Assembly: GCA_963708135.1 (NCBI GenBank)
Contig: OY970192.1
Span: 1,280,001-1,344,000, forward strand
Length of the DNA stretch: 64,000 nucleotides
Direction of reading: 5' to 3'
Source of the DNA: an uncultured Gemmatimonadales bacterium
GTDB lineage: Bacteria > Gemmatimonadota > Gemmatimonadetes > Longimicrobiales > RSA9
Below the pieces are notes generated by a model. It was not told the DNA's origin. It saw nothing but the letters and a program-made list of their open reading frames with translations, and ran no database searches. Below are positions 9,822 to 19,394 of the stretch, one piece after another. The position numbers and the translations under genes were made by a program. Each line of letters begins with the position of its first letter. The first letter of the stretch is position 1.

Positions 9822-11108
9822 TCACCTCCCGTCATCCTTACGGCGGCGGGGCGCGCGAGTTTCGCGGCTCGCCGGCTCCGCTTCCCAGTCACGGAGTCGG
9901 TTGTCCAGGAACGGCAGGTCGAAGCAGTGGTCGGAGCCGTCGCGCTGGCGGCGGAAGCGCACCGCGTGCCAGCCGCGGACCCCGATCGGCGTATAGACCT
10001 CGCCGCCCACGCGGAGCACCCGGCCGGCGACGGCGTGCATCAGCACGCGCTCGTAGCGAGAGCGCTCGAGACCCTGCTGGGGGGCGAGGAAGTCCCAGGC
10101 GCACAGTCGGCCCACATCGTCGTACTCCGGCTGGCGATCGGCGCCGTCGAGCGGCGAGGTGGCGCGCCCGGCGAAGATCGCGGCCATCAGCCGGTAGGTG
10201 GCTGGATCGGCCAGGCGGCGGATCGGCGCCCGGAAGTGGTGGAGCACCGTGCGGGCCATGCCTCTCAGGCTGCGCGTCGGCCCGTCGATGGTCCGCCAGG
10301 TCGGCGCGTCCGGGTTGGCCAGGAAGGGGTTCTCCGGGAAGCAGGAGAAGCGCGCCACCCAGCCGCGGCGGCTGCTGTGCGGGACCGGCGAGAAGCCGCA
10401 CAGGCGCGGCAGCCTCTCCGCCTCCAGGCGCTCGAGCGCGTAGTCCGGCCAGCGCATCACCTCGCGCACGACGCCGGCGATCAGCGTGGCGGCGGCCATC
10501 ATGAGCGCCGGACTCGGGGTGAAGTCCACCGTCACCTCGATCCGATCGCCGCGTGGACGCACCCCGATCCCCGTCGAGCGCCGATTCGCCGCCAGCACCA
10601 TCACCGGCACGGGGAGCAGATGAGAGAGCAGCAGCGCCAGCGCGCCGATGCTGCGCTCCGGATCCCCCGTGCGCCGGGCAGCAGGCGGCGCATTGAACGA
10701 GACGTTGTAGTGCGCGCTGAACCCGGCGAGTCGTGCCCTGCGCGCGCTTCGCGCCTCCCACGCATCGAGCTCCCCGCGGACGTGCCTGATCGACTCCCAG
10801 AGGGAGCGGACCGCCCGGGCGGCGCAGCCGGGTCCGATCTCGATCAGCGGCGTGGCCACCTCCACCACGCCAGTGTCGAAGTAAACGGCGCCGCCCGTGG
10901 GCAGATGGTAGGACGTCCCCTCCCGGTGCATCGGCGCCCCGCGCAGGAAGCCGCGCGGGTCCCCGAACGTCTCCGCCGGATCGACGGGCACGTCATCCAC
11001 GAACAGCACGAACTCCGATTCCAGGCCGATCGCCGACAGCGAAGGACGCCCCGCGGCGGGCCTCTCCTCCCCCGCTGCGGGGCGCTTCTTGCGCTGCTGC
11101 TGCTGCAT
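9822..11108 (-). CDS. PafA/Dop-like carboxylate-amine ligase (glutamine-synthetase/gamma-GCS fold)
   Basis: IGLESEF resembles PafA GIETEF; LPTGGAVYFDTGVVEVATP resembles NGARLYLD...EYAT; GFSAHYNV resembles GCHENYL; later RPRGDRIEV. Confidence 0.6.
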   Translation of the reverse strand: MQQQQRKKRPAAGEERPAAGRPSLSAIGLESEFVLFVDDVPVDPAETFGDPRGFLRGAPMHREGTSYHLPTGGAVYFDTGVVEVATPLIEIGPGCAARAVRSLWESIRHVRGELDAWEARSARRARLAGFSAHYNVSFNAPPAARRTGDPERSIGALALLLSHLLPVPVMVLAANRRSTGIGVRPRGDRIEVTVDFTPSPALMMAAATLIAGVVREVMRWPDYALERLEAERLPRLCGFSPVPHSSRRGWVARFSCFPENPFLANPDAPTWRTIDGPTRSLRGMARTVLHHFRAPIRRLADPATYRLMAAIFAGRATSPLDGADRQPEYDDVGRLCAWDFLAPQQGLERSRYERVLMHAVAGRVLRVGGEVYTPIGVRGWHAVRFRRQRDGSDHCFDLPFLDNRLRDWEAEPASRETRAPRRRKDDGR

Positions 11109-11140
11109 GCCGCCACTCCCGCTGCGATCGTTCTTCCCGC

Positions 11141-11716
11141 TCAGGGATCGACCCGCGCGTAGCCGATGTCCACGTGCAGGTGGTCGTCCGTTTCGCCCGG
11201 GCCCATCCCGTACCGCGCCGGCCGCAGGGAGGCCGACAGCTCGCGCGCGCGTGTGCCGTACCGTTCGATCGGCTCCTCCCCGTCCAGGTACGTGTCGCCG
11301 ATCCGGTAGATGTCCGCGGCCGTTCCCCATGCATGCACCGTGCGTGCGCCGCCCCGCGCATGCCCGGGAGAGCGGTACCCGCCGTTCGCCGCGATGAAGA
11401 CGTACGTCCCCACGGCCGCGCGAAGCAGCTCCAGGTGTGCCGCGAGCAGCGTCACCGCGCATGGGACGTAGCGCGGCCAGTCCCGCAGCGGCGCCGCCTC
11501 CCGCACGTCCACCTCCAGGAACTCCGACAGCGTGAAGTGGCGCGCCAGCCGCACCTCCCGCGCCCGCTCCCACGAGTCCACCTCGTAGAAGAAGCGCGGC
11601 AGCTGCCGCTCGCGCCCGTCCGCGCCGAGCACCGGCGCGCCGGGTCTCAGCACCTCGCGGTAGCGTGCCGGCAGCTCCAGCCCGTCCACCACCACCAGGC
11701 CCCCGTCCTCACCCAT
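11141..11716 (-). CDS. Peptidase M15A-like (D-Ala-D-Ala Zn peptidase / hedgehog fold) protein
   Basis: HFTLSEF, GGYRSPGH, HAWGTAAD and HLHVD are the M15 zinc-ligand pattern. No signal peptide seen. Confidence 0.7.
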   Translation of the reverse strand: MGEDGGLVVVDGLELPARYREVLRPGAPVLGADGRERQLPRFFYEVDSWERAREVRLARHFTLSEFLEVDVREAAPLRDWPRYVPCAVTLLAAHLELLRAAVGTYVFIAANGGYRSPGHARGGARTVHAWGTAADIYRIGDTYLDGEEPIERYGTRARELSASLRPARYGMGPGETDDHLHVDIGYARVDP

Positions 11717-12554
11717 CCTCACCCTCCGTCAGGTGTTCCCAGACCGCCCGCGAGACCGCCGCGATCGCCTCCTGCCGCCCATTCTCCGATCCCACCCGCC
11801 ACTCCGTCAGCACCACCAGCACGTACGGCGCACGGCCCTCCAGGTACACGATGCCCGCATCGTGCGCCACCGTCGAGATGTCCCCCGTCTTGTGCGCCAC
11901 CCGTGCGCCATCCGGCAGGCCCGCGGGGATCCCGCGGTTGAAGCGCTGCCGGTGCAGCAGCTCGAGCATCTCCTGCGCCGCCGGGGCCGGGAAGCCCCGC
12001 CCCTCCTCGATCACGCCCAGCGCCTCCGCCAACCCCAGCGCGGTGACCCGGTTGTTGATCCCCTCCTGGAAGGCCCGCTCGTCCTCGACCCCCCGGCGCA
12101 GCTCGATCCCCGCCAGCCCGAGCCGCGCCAGCGTTCCGCGGATCGGCTCCAGGCCCACGATGTCCACCAGCAGGTTGGTGGCCAGGTTGCTGCTCGAGAC
12201 GATCATGTGCCGCGCCAGCTCGCGCATCTTCATCGTCCGCCCGGCCCGCTCGTGCACCTCCGCGTCCGAGTCCCGTGCCGCCTCCACCCGGTACGGTGCC
12301 CCATCCGCCGCGCTCAGGAACCGGTTCCGCACGTGCACGCGCGACTCCCAGTGGAAGCGGCCGTCCGAGAGAGCGTCGTACACCCCCAGCAGCACCGGCA
12401 CCTTGATCGTGCTCGCCGCATGGAACCAGCGCTCCCCGTTCAGCGCCCATTCCGTCCCCGTCCCCGTGTCGCGGTAGCACACCGCCACCGCTTCGGCGCC
12501 CGCGGAGCTCCCGATCTCCTCGATCCGCTCCCTCACCGCTCCAGGAAACGACAC
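11709..12554 (-). CDS. Serine hydrolase, class A beta-lactamase-like
   Basis: FHAASTIK (SxxK), SSN (SxN), HKTG, HDAGIV. GTG start preceded by GGAGGAGG; no signal peptide. Confidence 0.8.
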   Translation of the reverse strand: MSFPGAVRERIEEIGSSAGAEAVAVCYRDTGTGTEWALNGERWFHAASTIKVPVLLGVYDALSDGRFHWESRVHVRNRFLSAADGAPYRVEAARDSDAEVHERAGRTMKMRELARHMIVSSSNLATNLLVDIVGLEPIRGTLARLGLAGIELRRGVEDERAFQEGINNRVTALGLAEALGVIEEGRGFPAPAAQEMLELLHRQRFNRGIPAGLPDGARVAHKTGDISTVAHDAGIVYLEGRAPYVLVVLTEWRVGSENGRQEAIAAVSRAVWEHLTEGEDG

Positions 12555-12837
12555 GCCCGCACCTCCTCCTCCGTGCCGGGTCTGCGCACCACCCTGCCAC
12601 CCGCCGTGCAGGATCGGAGCCACCCCCGGCCGCTCGGCGGCATGCTCCGTCGCGCCAAAATGCCGTTGACAGCGGCGCCTCCCCGGTGGTAGACTCGTAC
12701 ACGGTTTTGATCCCCTCCGAGCCCATTCTCCGTGCCGCTGCGTGTCTCCAGGCCCTGGTGGCAAGCGCACGCGAGAGCCGGACATCTTCCGGTCCCTGAT
12801 CCACTTGAAGGGCGCGTTTTCGCGCCCGGAGCGGTCC

Positions 12838-13227
12838 ATGCTCGGGAAGACGATCCTGATCGTCGATGACGATTCCGATACGCGCGTCGTGCTCGGCGCC
12901 ATTCTCCGGCATGCCGGGTTCGCGGTGATCGAGGCCGAAGACGGCGAGGACGGGCTGCGCCAGGCGCGCGAAGGCGGCCCGCACCTCGTGCTGATGGACC
13001 TGGAGCTGCCGCTGCTCGATGGCTGGGAGGTGACGCGCCGGCTGAAGGCGGATCACGCGACGGCGGCGATCCCGGTGATTGCGCTGACGGCGCGCGCCCT
13101 GGATGCGGACCGTGTGCGGGCGATCGAGGCGGGCTGCGAGCAGTTCCTGCTCAAGCCGTGCGAGCCGCGCGACGTTCTGGAGATCGTGAGGAAGCGCGTG
13201 GCCGTCCCACCGGATGCCAGCACGTAG
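12838..13227 (+). CDS. Single-domain response regulator (DivK/CheY-like)
   Basis: ILIVDDD, LVLMDLELPLLDG, IPVIALTA, LKP. Confidence 0.85.
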   Translation: MLGKTILIVDDDSDTRVVLGAILRHAGFAVIEAEDGEDGLRQAREGGPHLVLMDLELPLLDGWEVTRRLKADHATAAIPVIALTARALDADRVRAIEAGCEQFLLKPCEPRDVLEIVRKRVAVPPDAST

Positions 13228-13238
13228 AGGCGGCGCGC

Positions 13239-15794
13239 TCACCTGCCCAGGACGCCGCGCACTCCGCGCGAGATGAGGGTCGCGATGTTGGTCAGCATCC
13301 GCGGCAGGGCGAGCCCGCCGGGCGAGGCCAGGTACTTGGGCTGCCAGACGGGATCGAACTTCTCCTTGTACTGCCGCAGTCCCTGGAAGCTGTAGAAGTT
13401 CTCTCCGTACCGGAAGACCAGCGCGCCGAGCCGGTTCCACAGGGGAGCCAGGGCACGGTTCTCGAGCCCGGACAGCGGCGCCATCCCGAGGTTGAACCAG
13501 CGGTACCCCTGCTCCTTCCCCCATAGCATGAGCTCGATGAAGAGGAACTCCATCACGTCCTCGGGCGCGTCGGGGGTGTAGCGCATAAGGTCGACCGAGA
13601 GCTCGTCGAGCGCTCCGCCCGGCCAGAGGTTGGCGAACGCGATGATGCGCCCGTCGCGCCGGACCACGGCGGCCGGGAAGTTCCGCAGGTAGTCGGGATC
13701 GAAGCGGCCGAGGGAGAATCCCTTCTCGCGCGTACGCTTCTCGCTCAGCCAGCTGTCGGAGACGGTCTTGAGCTCGGCCATGATCTCCCCGACCTGCCGC
13801 TCCCCCAGCACGCGGAACTCGCATCCTTCCTTCTCGAGGCGGTTCCGGACCCGCCGCATGCCCTTCCGCCCGCCGCCCTCGAGCGAGAAGCTCTCGAGCC
13901 GCACGCGCGCCTCCTCGCCCAGCTTGAGCAGGGTCAGGCCGAGGTCCAGGTAGAGGTGGAGGTCGTCCGTCCGGATCTGGTAGAAGACCGTCCATCCCTC
14001 GTGCCGGTCACAGATCTCGCGGAAGCGCCACAGGAGCTCCGTCCACTCCTCCTCGGGTCCCACCGGGTCGCCCATCGCGACCCAGGTCCGCCCCTCCACG
14101 CCGTACATGAGGAAGGCGTTGCCGCTCTCGCTGAACAGCAGCGCCTTGTCCCCGAGCAGCGCCAGGTTGCCGGCCGTGTCCGGCGAGGTGCGCAGCACCG
14201 CCCGGGCGCGCGCCAGCGCGGCCGCATCCGGCAACGTCGGCTCCGGCGGCGCCGGTCTCAGCAGCCGCGCGAAAGCCACCAGCACGACCGCCAGCGTCGC
14301 GCCCACGCTGGCGCGCAGGAAGCGCGGCGCATCCGCGCGCAGCGCGAAGCGCCACCAGATCTCGGACGCGTAGTTCACGTGCCGATAGGTGAAGAAGCCC
14401 AGCCAGATCGAGCCGGCGAGCACGAGCGCGATCGCCACGATCCAGCCGGGCGTGAACGGCTCGTTGGTGAGCGAGGCCTTGCGGTAGAAGTAGCGGTGCG
14501 AGGGGAGGAGCGCCGCGAGCATGATCACGAGCGCCGTCGCCTCCTCGTAGTCACCGCCCTTCAGCAGCGAGAAGATGATCCCGGCCGAGAGCAGCGCCAC
14601 CGTGAGATCGTAGGCCGCGTCGAGCCGGCGCTGGAGCCCGCGCGCCAGGAGCAGCAGCCCCACACCCGCCATGCTCGCCAGGAAGTGCGACGCCTCGATC
14701 AACGGCAGCGGCAGGAAGTCGTTCAGCACGCGCAGGCGGGAGTGCACGGCCGGCGTGGCGCCGGAGAAGAGCAGGATCGCGCCGCCCAGGAACGTGAGGA
14801 ACGCCAGCAGCTGGGGCGCGATGACGGGCGCCCATCGACCGAACGCCCTGGCCACGCGCCGCACGTCCTCGCGCCGCTGGTGGACCTCGTGCGCCGCCAG
14901 CATCACGGCCGCCACGCCGAGCGGCAGCAGGTAGTAGATGCCGCGGTACGCGAGCAGCGAGCCGAGCACCGCCGCCGCCGGCAGCCGGTCCGTGAGCAGC
15001 ACCAGCGCCACCGCCTCGAACACCCCGAGCCCGCCGGGGATGTTGCTGAGCAGCCCCGTCGCCTGCGCCAGGATGAAGATCCCCAGCACGGTCGGGTAGC
15101 TCAGCCCAGGCACGTGCGGCACGACCGCGTAGAACACGGCGCCGGCCAGGGCCCAGTCGACTGCCGAGACCGCCATCTGCAGCAGGGAGAGCCGGGTTCC
15201 GGGGAACGTGAACTCCCAGTCCCGGATCCGCAGCGGCTCGCGCTTCATCCCGCTCCACACGAGATAGCCCAGGATCACCAGCAGGAAGATCGCCCCGAGC
15301 GGCCGGGCGGAGTGCAGCGGCAGGTGCAGCAGGGCGGGGATCGCCAGCGGCTCGACCAGGAAGATGATGCCGCCGATGGTGAACAGCCCGAGGAAGAACG
15401 TCAGGTAGTTGAAAGCGACGATGTTCGTCACCTCCACGGCCGAGAGCCCCCACGCCGAGTACAGCCGGTAGCGGATCGGGGCGCCCGTGAGCAGCGGAAA
15501 GCCGAGGTTGTGGCTGAACGCGTAGCCGATGAAGGAGGCGAGGGCGATGCGGCGGTACTCGAGCTCCCTCTTGATGTAGACCAGTCCCAGCGCGTCGTAG
15601 CCCGTCAGCACGATGTAGTTGGCCAGCGTGAGCACCAGCGCGAGAAGGACCTGATGCTCCGGGAGCTGGTGCAGCTGCCGCACGATGTCGTGGTAATGGT
15701 ACTTCCGCAGCGCCGCGTGCAGCACCCACAGCGCCACGCCGAAGATCACGAGCCCGAGCAGCGGGCTGAGAATTCTTCGAAGCCTCTTGATCAT
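13239..15794 (-). CDS. mprF: Bifunctional aminoacyl-phosphatidylglycerol synthase/flippase MprF
   Basis: Many TM helices with GYDAL and PGGLGVFE; C-terminal synthase motifs LGDK, GDPVG, LGEEA, DLMR, LGMAPL and FQGLRQYKEKF. Confidence 0.92.
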   Translation of the reverse strand: MIKRLRRILSPLLGLVIFGVALWVLHAALRKYHYHDIVRQLHQLPEHQVLLALVLTLANYIVLTGYDALGLVYIKRELEYRRIALASFIGYAFSHNLGFPLLTGAPIRYRLYSAWGLSAVEVTNIVAFNYLTFFLGLFTIGGIIFLVEPLAIPALLHLPLHSARPLGAIFLLVILGYLVWSGMKREPLRIRDWEFTFPGTRLSLLQMAVSAVDWALAGAVFYAVVPHVPGLSYPTVLGIFILAQATGLLSNIPGGLGVFEAVALVLLTDRLPAAAVLGSLLAYRGIYYLLPLGVAAVMLAAHEVHQRREDVRRVARAFGRWAPVIAPQLLAFLTFLGGAILLFSGATPAVHSRLRVLNDFLPLPLIEASHFLASMAGVGLLLLARGLQRRLDAAYDLTVALLSAGIIFSLLKGGDYEEATALVIMLAALLPSHRYFYRKASLTNEPFTPGWIVAIALVLAGSIWLGFFTYRHVNYASEIWWRFALRADAPRFLRASVGATLAVVLVAFARLLRPAPPEPTLPDAAALARARAVLRTSPDTAGNLALLGDKALLFSESGNAFLMYGVEGRTWVAMGDPVGPEEEWTELLWRFREICDRHEGWTVFYQIRTDDLHLYLDLGLTLLKLGEEARVRLESFSLEGGGRKGMRRVRNRLEKEGCEFRVLGERQVGEIMAELKTVSDSWLSEKRTREKGFSLGRFDPDYLRNFPAAVVRRDGRIIAFANLWPGGALDELSVDLMRYTPDAPEDVMEFLFIELMLWGKEQGYRWFNLGMAPLSGLENRALAPLWNRLGALVFRYGENFYSFQGLRQYKEKFDPVWQPKYLASPGGLALPRMLTNIATLISRGVRGVLGR

Positions 15795-15970
15795 GCCTCG
15801 TCGCCCTCCCGCGCCGGCCGCGGCGCCGCTCCGTGGCGCGGCCGCTCCGCGCGCGGCCCGAAGAATGTCCTGCCGCCCACCCTCCGGCAACCGTCGCCGT
15901 TGCGGTGCGTGCGCCCGGCGCGTACCATGCCACTCCCACGAGAGAGCCCGCTCATCCCTGGAGCACAACC

Positions 15971-17047
15971 GTGTCCCATACCGCCCCCGCCGATCCGGCC
16001 ACGCCCGCGCGGGACTCGGCCACGGCGCCCGCCGCCGGCACCCCGGAGGTGCCCGTCGGCTGGCGCGCCCGCCTGGGCTGGCAGGGGCTCCACTATCCGA
16101 TTCCGCCCGAGGCGAACACCCTGCCCTACATGCTGGGCGGGATCACCTTCTTCGGCATCCTGCTGCTTATCGCGACCGGCATCCTGCTCGACCAGGGCTA
16201 CGACCCCGCGCCGCTCTCGGCCCACGACAGCCTCGTCTACATGGTCGGACGGGTCCCCCTCGGCGCCTGGATCCGTGGGCTCCACTACTGGGCCGCCTCG
16301 CTCGTGCTCGTCTCCGCCGTCCTCCACCTCGTGCGCGTCTTCCGCGCCCGCGCCTACCGCCCCCCGCGCGAGATCCAGTGGTGGCTCGGCGCGACGCTGC
16401 TCCTCCTCCTTTTCGCCCTCGCCTTCACCGGCACCGTCCTGCGCGGCGATCAGGAGGGCATCGAGGCGCTTGCCCACGCCATCGCCGGCGGCCGCCTGGT
16501 GGGCGGACCCGGCGCCCTGCTGGCGCCGGACTTCGCCCCGTCCACGACGCTGCTCGCGCGCATGCACGCCTTCCACGTCAGCGCCCTGCCGCTCCTGCTG
16601 CTCGCGCTCCTGGGCGGCCACTTCTGGCTCGTGCGCACGCTCGGCATACGCTCCGAGGCCGCCCCCGCCCGCCCGTTCGCGTCGCACCTGCGGCGCCTCA
16701 CCGGCGTGGCGCTCCTCCTCTACGCCGCACTCGGCGTTCTCGCCTGGCTCGCTCCGCCACCCCTCGGCTACGCCGGCGTCCAGGGCGCGGAGGTGACCAA
16801 GCCCTTCTGGCCCTTCCTGTGGATCTACGCCGCCGAGAACGGCCTCGGGCTGGGCGGCATGATCCTGGCCCCGGCGATCCTCTTCGCCTTCATCTTCCTC
16901 CTCCCGCTCCTCGACCGCCGCGGCTCCGCCTCCCGCCGGCCTCTCTGGCTGACAGCGCTCGCCGTCCTCCTCCTCGCCGCCTGGGTCGGGGCGTTGCTCT
17001 ATGGCGCGCTCGGGCCCCGGAAGGCGCACCTCGGAATGGGAATGTAG
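15971..17047 (+). CDS. Cytochrome b/b6-family protein without PEWY motif or adjacent Rieske gene
   Basis: Heme-b His pairs WIRGLHYWAAS...LHLVRVF and FHVSALP...GHFWL; PPREIQW. KPFWPFLW sits where PEWY is expected. GTG start after GGAG. Confidence 0.75.
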   Translation: MSHTAPADPATPARDSATAPAAGTPEVPVGWRARLGWQGLHYPIPPEANTLPYMLGGITFFGILLLIATGILLDQGYDPAPLSAHDSLVYMVGRVPLGAWIRGLHYWAASLVLVSAVLHLVRVFRARAYRPPREIQWWLGATLLLLLFALAFTGTVLRGDQEGIEALAHAIAGGRLVGGPGALLAPDFAPSTTLLARMHAFHVSALPLLLLALLGGHFWLVRTLGIRSEAAPARPFASHLRRLTGVALLLYAALGVLAWLAPPPLGYAGVQGAEVTKPFWPFLWIYAAENGLGLGGMILAPAILFAFIFLLPLLDRRGSASRRPLWLTALAVLLLAAWVGALLYGALGPRKAHLGMGM

Positions 17048-17051
17048 CCAT

Positions 17052-17576
17052 ATGCGCGCACGACCCCTCGCCGCCGGCTCCGCGCTGCTCGCCCTGCTCG
17101 CGCTTCCCGCCGCTCGCGCGGGCGCCCACGAGCACGGCGCGCTCCACCTCGCCCTCGCCACGGTGCAGCCCGGCGACACGCTCCGCGTCGTGGGGGACCA
17201 CATGGAGCACGGGGCGACGCTCCGGCTCGAGCTCCGCGGCACCCTCGCGACGCTCCCCCTCGGCGAAGTCCGCTGCGATTCCGCCGGACGGTTCGAGGCC
17301 GCGCTGCCGCTCGCCTCCAACCTGCGCCCCGGCCACTACGCCCTGGTCGCCATCGCCGATGACGGCGACGAGGCCGGCCGCGCCGAGCTGACCATCGCGG
17401 CGGCCGGCGCGCATGCGGGCGTGGCCGCCCCCCCGGGCGCGCCCGCGCTCGCCGTGGCGCGGGCGGACGCCATGCCGCTCGAGCCGGCCGCCTCCGCCCC
17501 GGCCTCCGCCGTCGTCCTCGGCTTCGTGGCCGTCTGCCTGGCCGGTGGGCTCCTTCTCCTGCGACGCGCCGGCTGA
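17052..17576 (+). CDS. Exported, C-terminally anchored hypothetical protein with His-rich mature N-terminus
   Basis: Signal peptide ending AGA, then HEHG; Ig-like beta segment; C-terminal TM helix followed by RR. Confidence 0.55.
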   Translation: MRARPLAAGSALLALLALPAARAGAHEHGALHLALATVQPGDTLRVVGDHMEHGATLRLELRGTLATLPLGEVRCDSAGRFEAALPLASNLRPGHYALVAIADDGDEAGRAELTIAAAGAHAGVAAPPGAPALAVARADAMPLEPAASAPASAVVLGFVAVCLAGGLLLLRRAG

Positions 17577-17646
17577 GCTCCGCCGCCGGATCCGCGGCGG
17601 CCGGGCGGGGGACGTCCCCGGGGCTGTTGGAAGCACCGGGATGCGA

Positions 17647-17682
17647 AACCCCCCCGGGGCGCATCCGCTCCCCGGGGGGGTT
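17647..17682. terminator. Stem-loop between convergent genes
   Basis: Perfect 13-bp inverted repeat AACCCCCCCGGGG / CCCCGGGGGGGTT. Confidence 0.4.
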
Positions 17683-17744
17683 CCTCGCCTGTCGGCGGGT
17701 AGGGGCGGTGCCTCGATCGCGCGACTCCGCCCCGACCTCCGCGG

Positions 17745-18146
17745 CTAGACTGCCTGGATGACGCGCTCCATCCGTGCCCTCACCTCGTGCGCCACCGGCA
17801 GGAGCTTCTCGTTGCCCGCGACCTCGAGCTGGGCCACCGGGTCGAGCGCCTCGACCACCGTCTCGCCGTTCCCCGCGTCACGGACCACCACGTTGCACGG
17901 CAGCAGCAGCCCGATGTCCGGCTCAGCCTGCAGCGCCCCGTACGCCAGCGGCGGGTTGCAGGCGCCGAGGATCACGTACGCCGGGAACGCCACGTCCAGC
18001 TTCTTCTTCAGCGTCGCCGCCACATCGATCTCGGTGAGCACGCCGAAGCCCTCCGCGGCGAGCGCCTCCCGGACGCGCCGGTCCGCCTCCGCGAACGGCA
18101 GTGCCATCGTGCGGCGGATCGCGTAGGGTACGATCGTCTCGGCCAT
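17745..18146 (-). CDS. DUF302 domain protein
   Basis: GFGVLTEID, YVILGACNP, IGLLLPCNVVV; GGAGG RBS. Confidence 0.88.
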   Translation of the reverse strand: MAETIVPYAIRRTMALPFAEADRRVREALAAEGFGVLTEIDVAATLKKKLDVAFPAYVILGACNPPLAYGALQAEPDIGLLLPCNVVVRDAGNGETVVEALDPVAQLEVAGNEKLLPVAHEVRARMERVIQAV

Positions 18147-18181
18147 GGTGCCTCCCTCCGTTGTGTCCGGCTGGCCGCGGC

Positions 18182-19105
18182 TCACATCCTCGGCCGGTAC
18201 AGCAGGACGGGCGCGGCCGTGCCGCGCAGCACCTTGTCGGCCACGCTGCCCAGCAGCAGGCGGGAGAATCCCGTCCGCCCGTGCGTCGCCATCGCGATCA
18301 GGTCCGTCCCGCTCTCCCGCGCGAAGTCCAGGATCCCCACGGCGGGCTGCATCTCGACCACCACTTGCGTCCGCACCACCAGCCCCTCCGCCCGCAGCGA
18401 CTCCGCGCGCACCTCGAGGTACTCCTCCGCCTGCTGCGCCATCCGCTCCAGGTCGCTGGTGTCCAGCGCCTGCACCAGCCCGCCTTCCGGCGGAGAGTAG
18501 CCCGTCAGCACCAGCGGCGAGACCACCCGGATCAGCACGTACTCCGCGCTCGAGAGCGAGCCCAGCGCCGTCGCCGGCTGGAGGATCTGCTCGGCCAGCG
18601 GCGAGCCGTCCAGTGGCACCAGCACCTTCCGGAAGAGTCGCGCCCCCAGGGGCTCCGGATCCGCGGCCGGCCGGACCAGCAGCACCGGGACGGTCGCGTG
18701 CCGCGCCAGCCCGTCCGCCACGCTCCCCAGCCACGCGCGCGCCAGCGGCCCCCGGCCGTGCGTCGTCATCACGATCAGGTCCGCCGCGCTCTCCGCCGCG
18801 AAGCTCGTCAGCGTCTCGACCACCGAGCCCTCCAGCAGATCCCGCTCCGCCGCGATCCCTGGACGCTGCAGCACGCGCTCCGAGAGCGAGGAGAGGTACT
18901 GCGCCTCCTGCTCCTTCGCGTCCATGTCCCACTCGCCGTACGCCCTCACGGGAGCGCCCCGGACGGACCCGGCCGTCGCCAGCGGCACGTGCACGTGCAC
19001 CAGGTGCAGCCGCGCCCCGGTGCGCTCCGCGATGCCCTCCGCCACCGGCACCGCGAACTCTCCGTAGGGCGAGCCGTCGAGCGGGACGAGGATCGAGCGA
19101 TACAT
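18182..19105 (-). CDS. Universal stress protein (tandem Usp domains)
   Basis: Two copies of ILVPLDGS...DLIxMxTHGR...LGSVAD...PVLL. Confidence 0.9.
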   Translation of the reverse strand: MYRSILVPLDGSPYGEFAVPVAEGIAERTGARLHLVHVHVPLATAGSVRGAPVRAYGEWDMDAKEQEAQYLSSLSERVLQRPGIAAERDLLEGSVVETLTSFAAESAADLIVMTTHGRGPLARAWLGSVADGLARHATVPVLLVRPAADPEPLGARLFRKVLVPLDGSPLAEQILQPATALGSLSSAEYVLIRVVSPLVLTGYSPPEGGLVQALDTSDLERMAQQAEEYLEVRAESLRAEGLVVRTQVVVEMQPAVGILDFARESGTDLIAMATHGRTGFSRLLLGSVADKVLRGTAAPVLLYRPRM

Positions 19106-19394
19106 TGCCTGCAGCTCCTTGAACGGGAGACGCCCTCGTTGCTCGACGAATCTGCCCTCGCACACGTGCGCGGTCTGTAGGGGATTTCCGAACAGGGGCG
19201 TCGGGCAGCGGCTGAAAAGCCAGCGTGGTGCGCCCCACGCCGGATCGCGCCTCAGCGCGTATCTTGTGGGCTGTAGCTGGGACGGAACGCCCCACGTCCG
19301 GCGGCGTATCCGTTCCTCGGGACGGGAGCGGCTCGCGGGGTCGCGGGTGGCGGGTGCTCTCGACAGCGGTTTCACTTGGGGGTATTCTAGGCCG

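Noticed and set aside
11709..12554. A bona fide resistance beta-lactamase
   Set aside because: There is no signal peptide and the operon context points to peptide metabolism; only the fold is supported.
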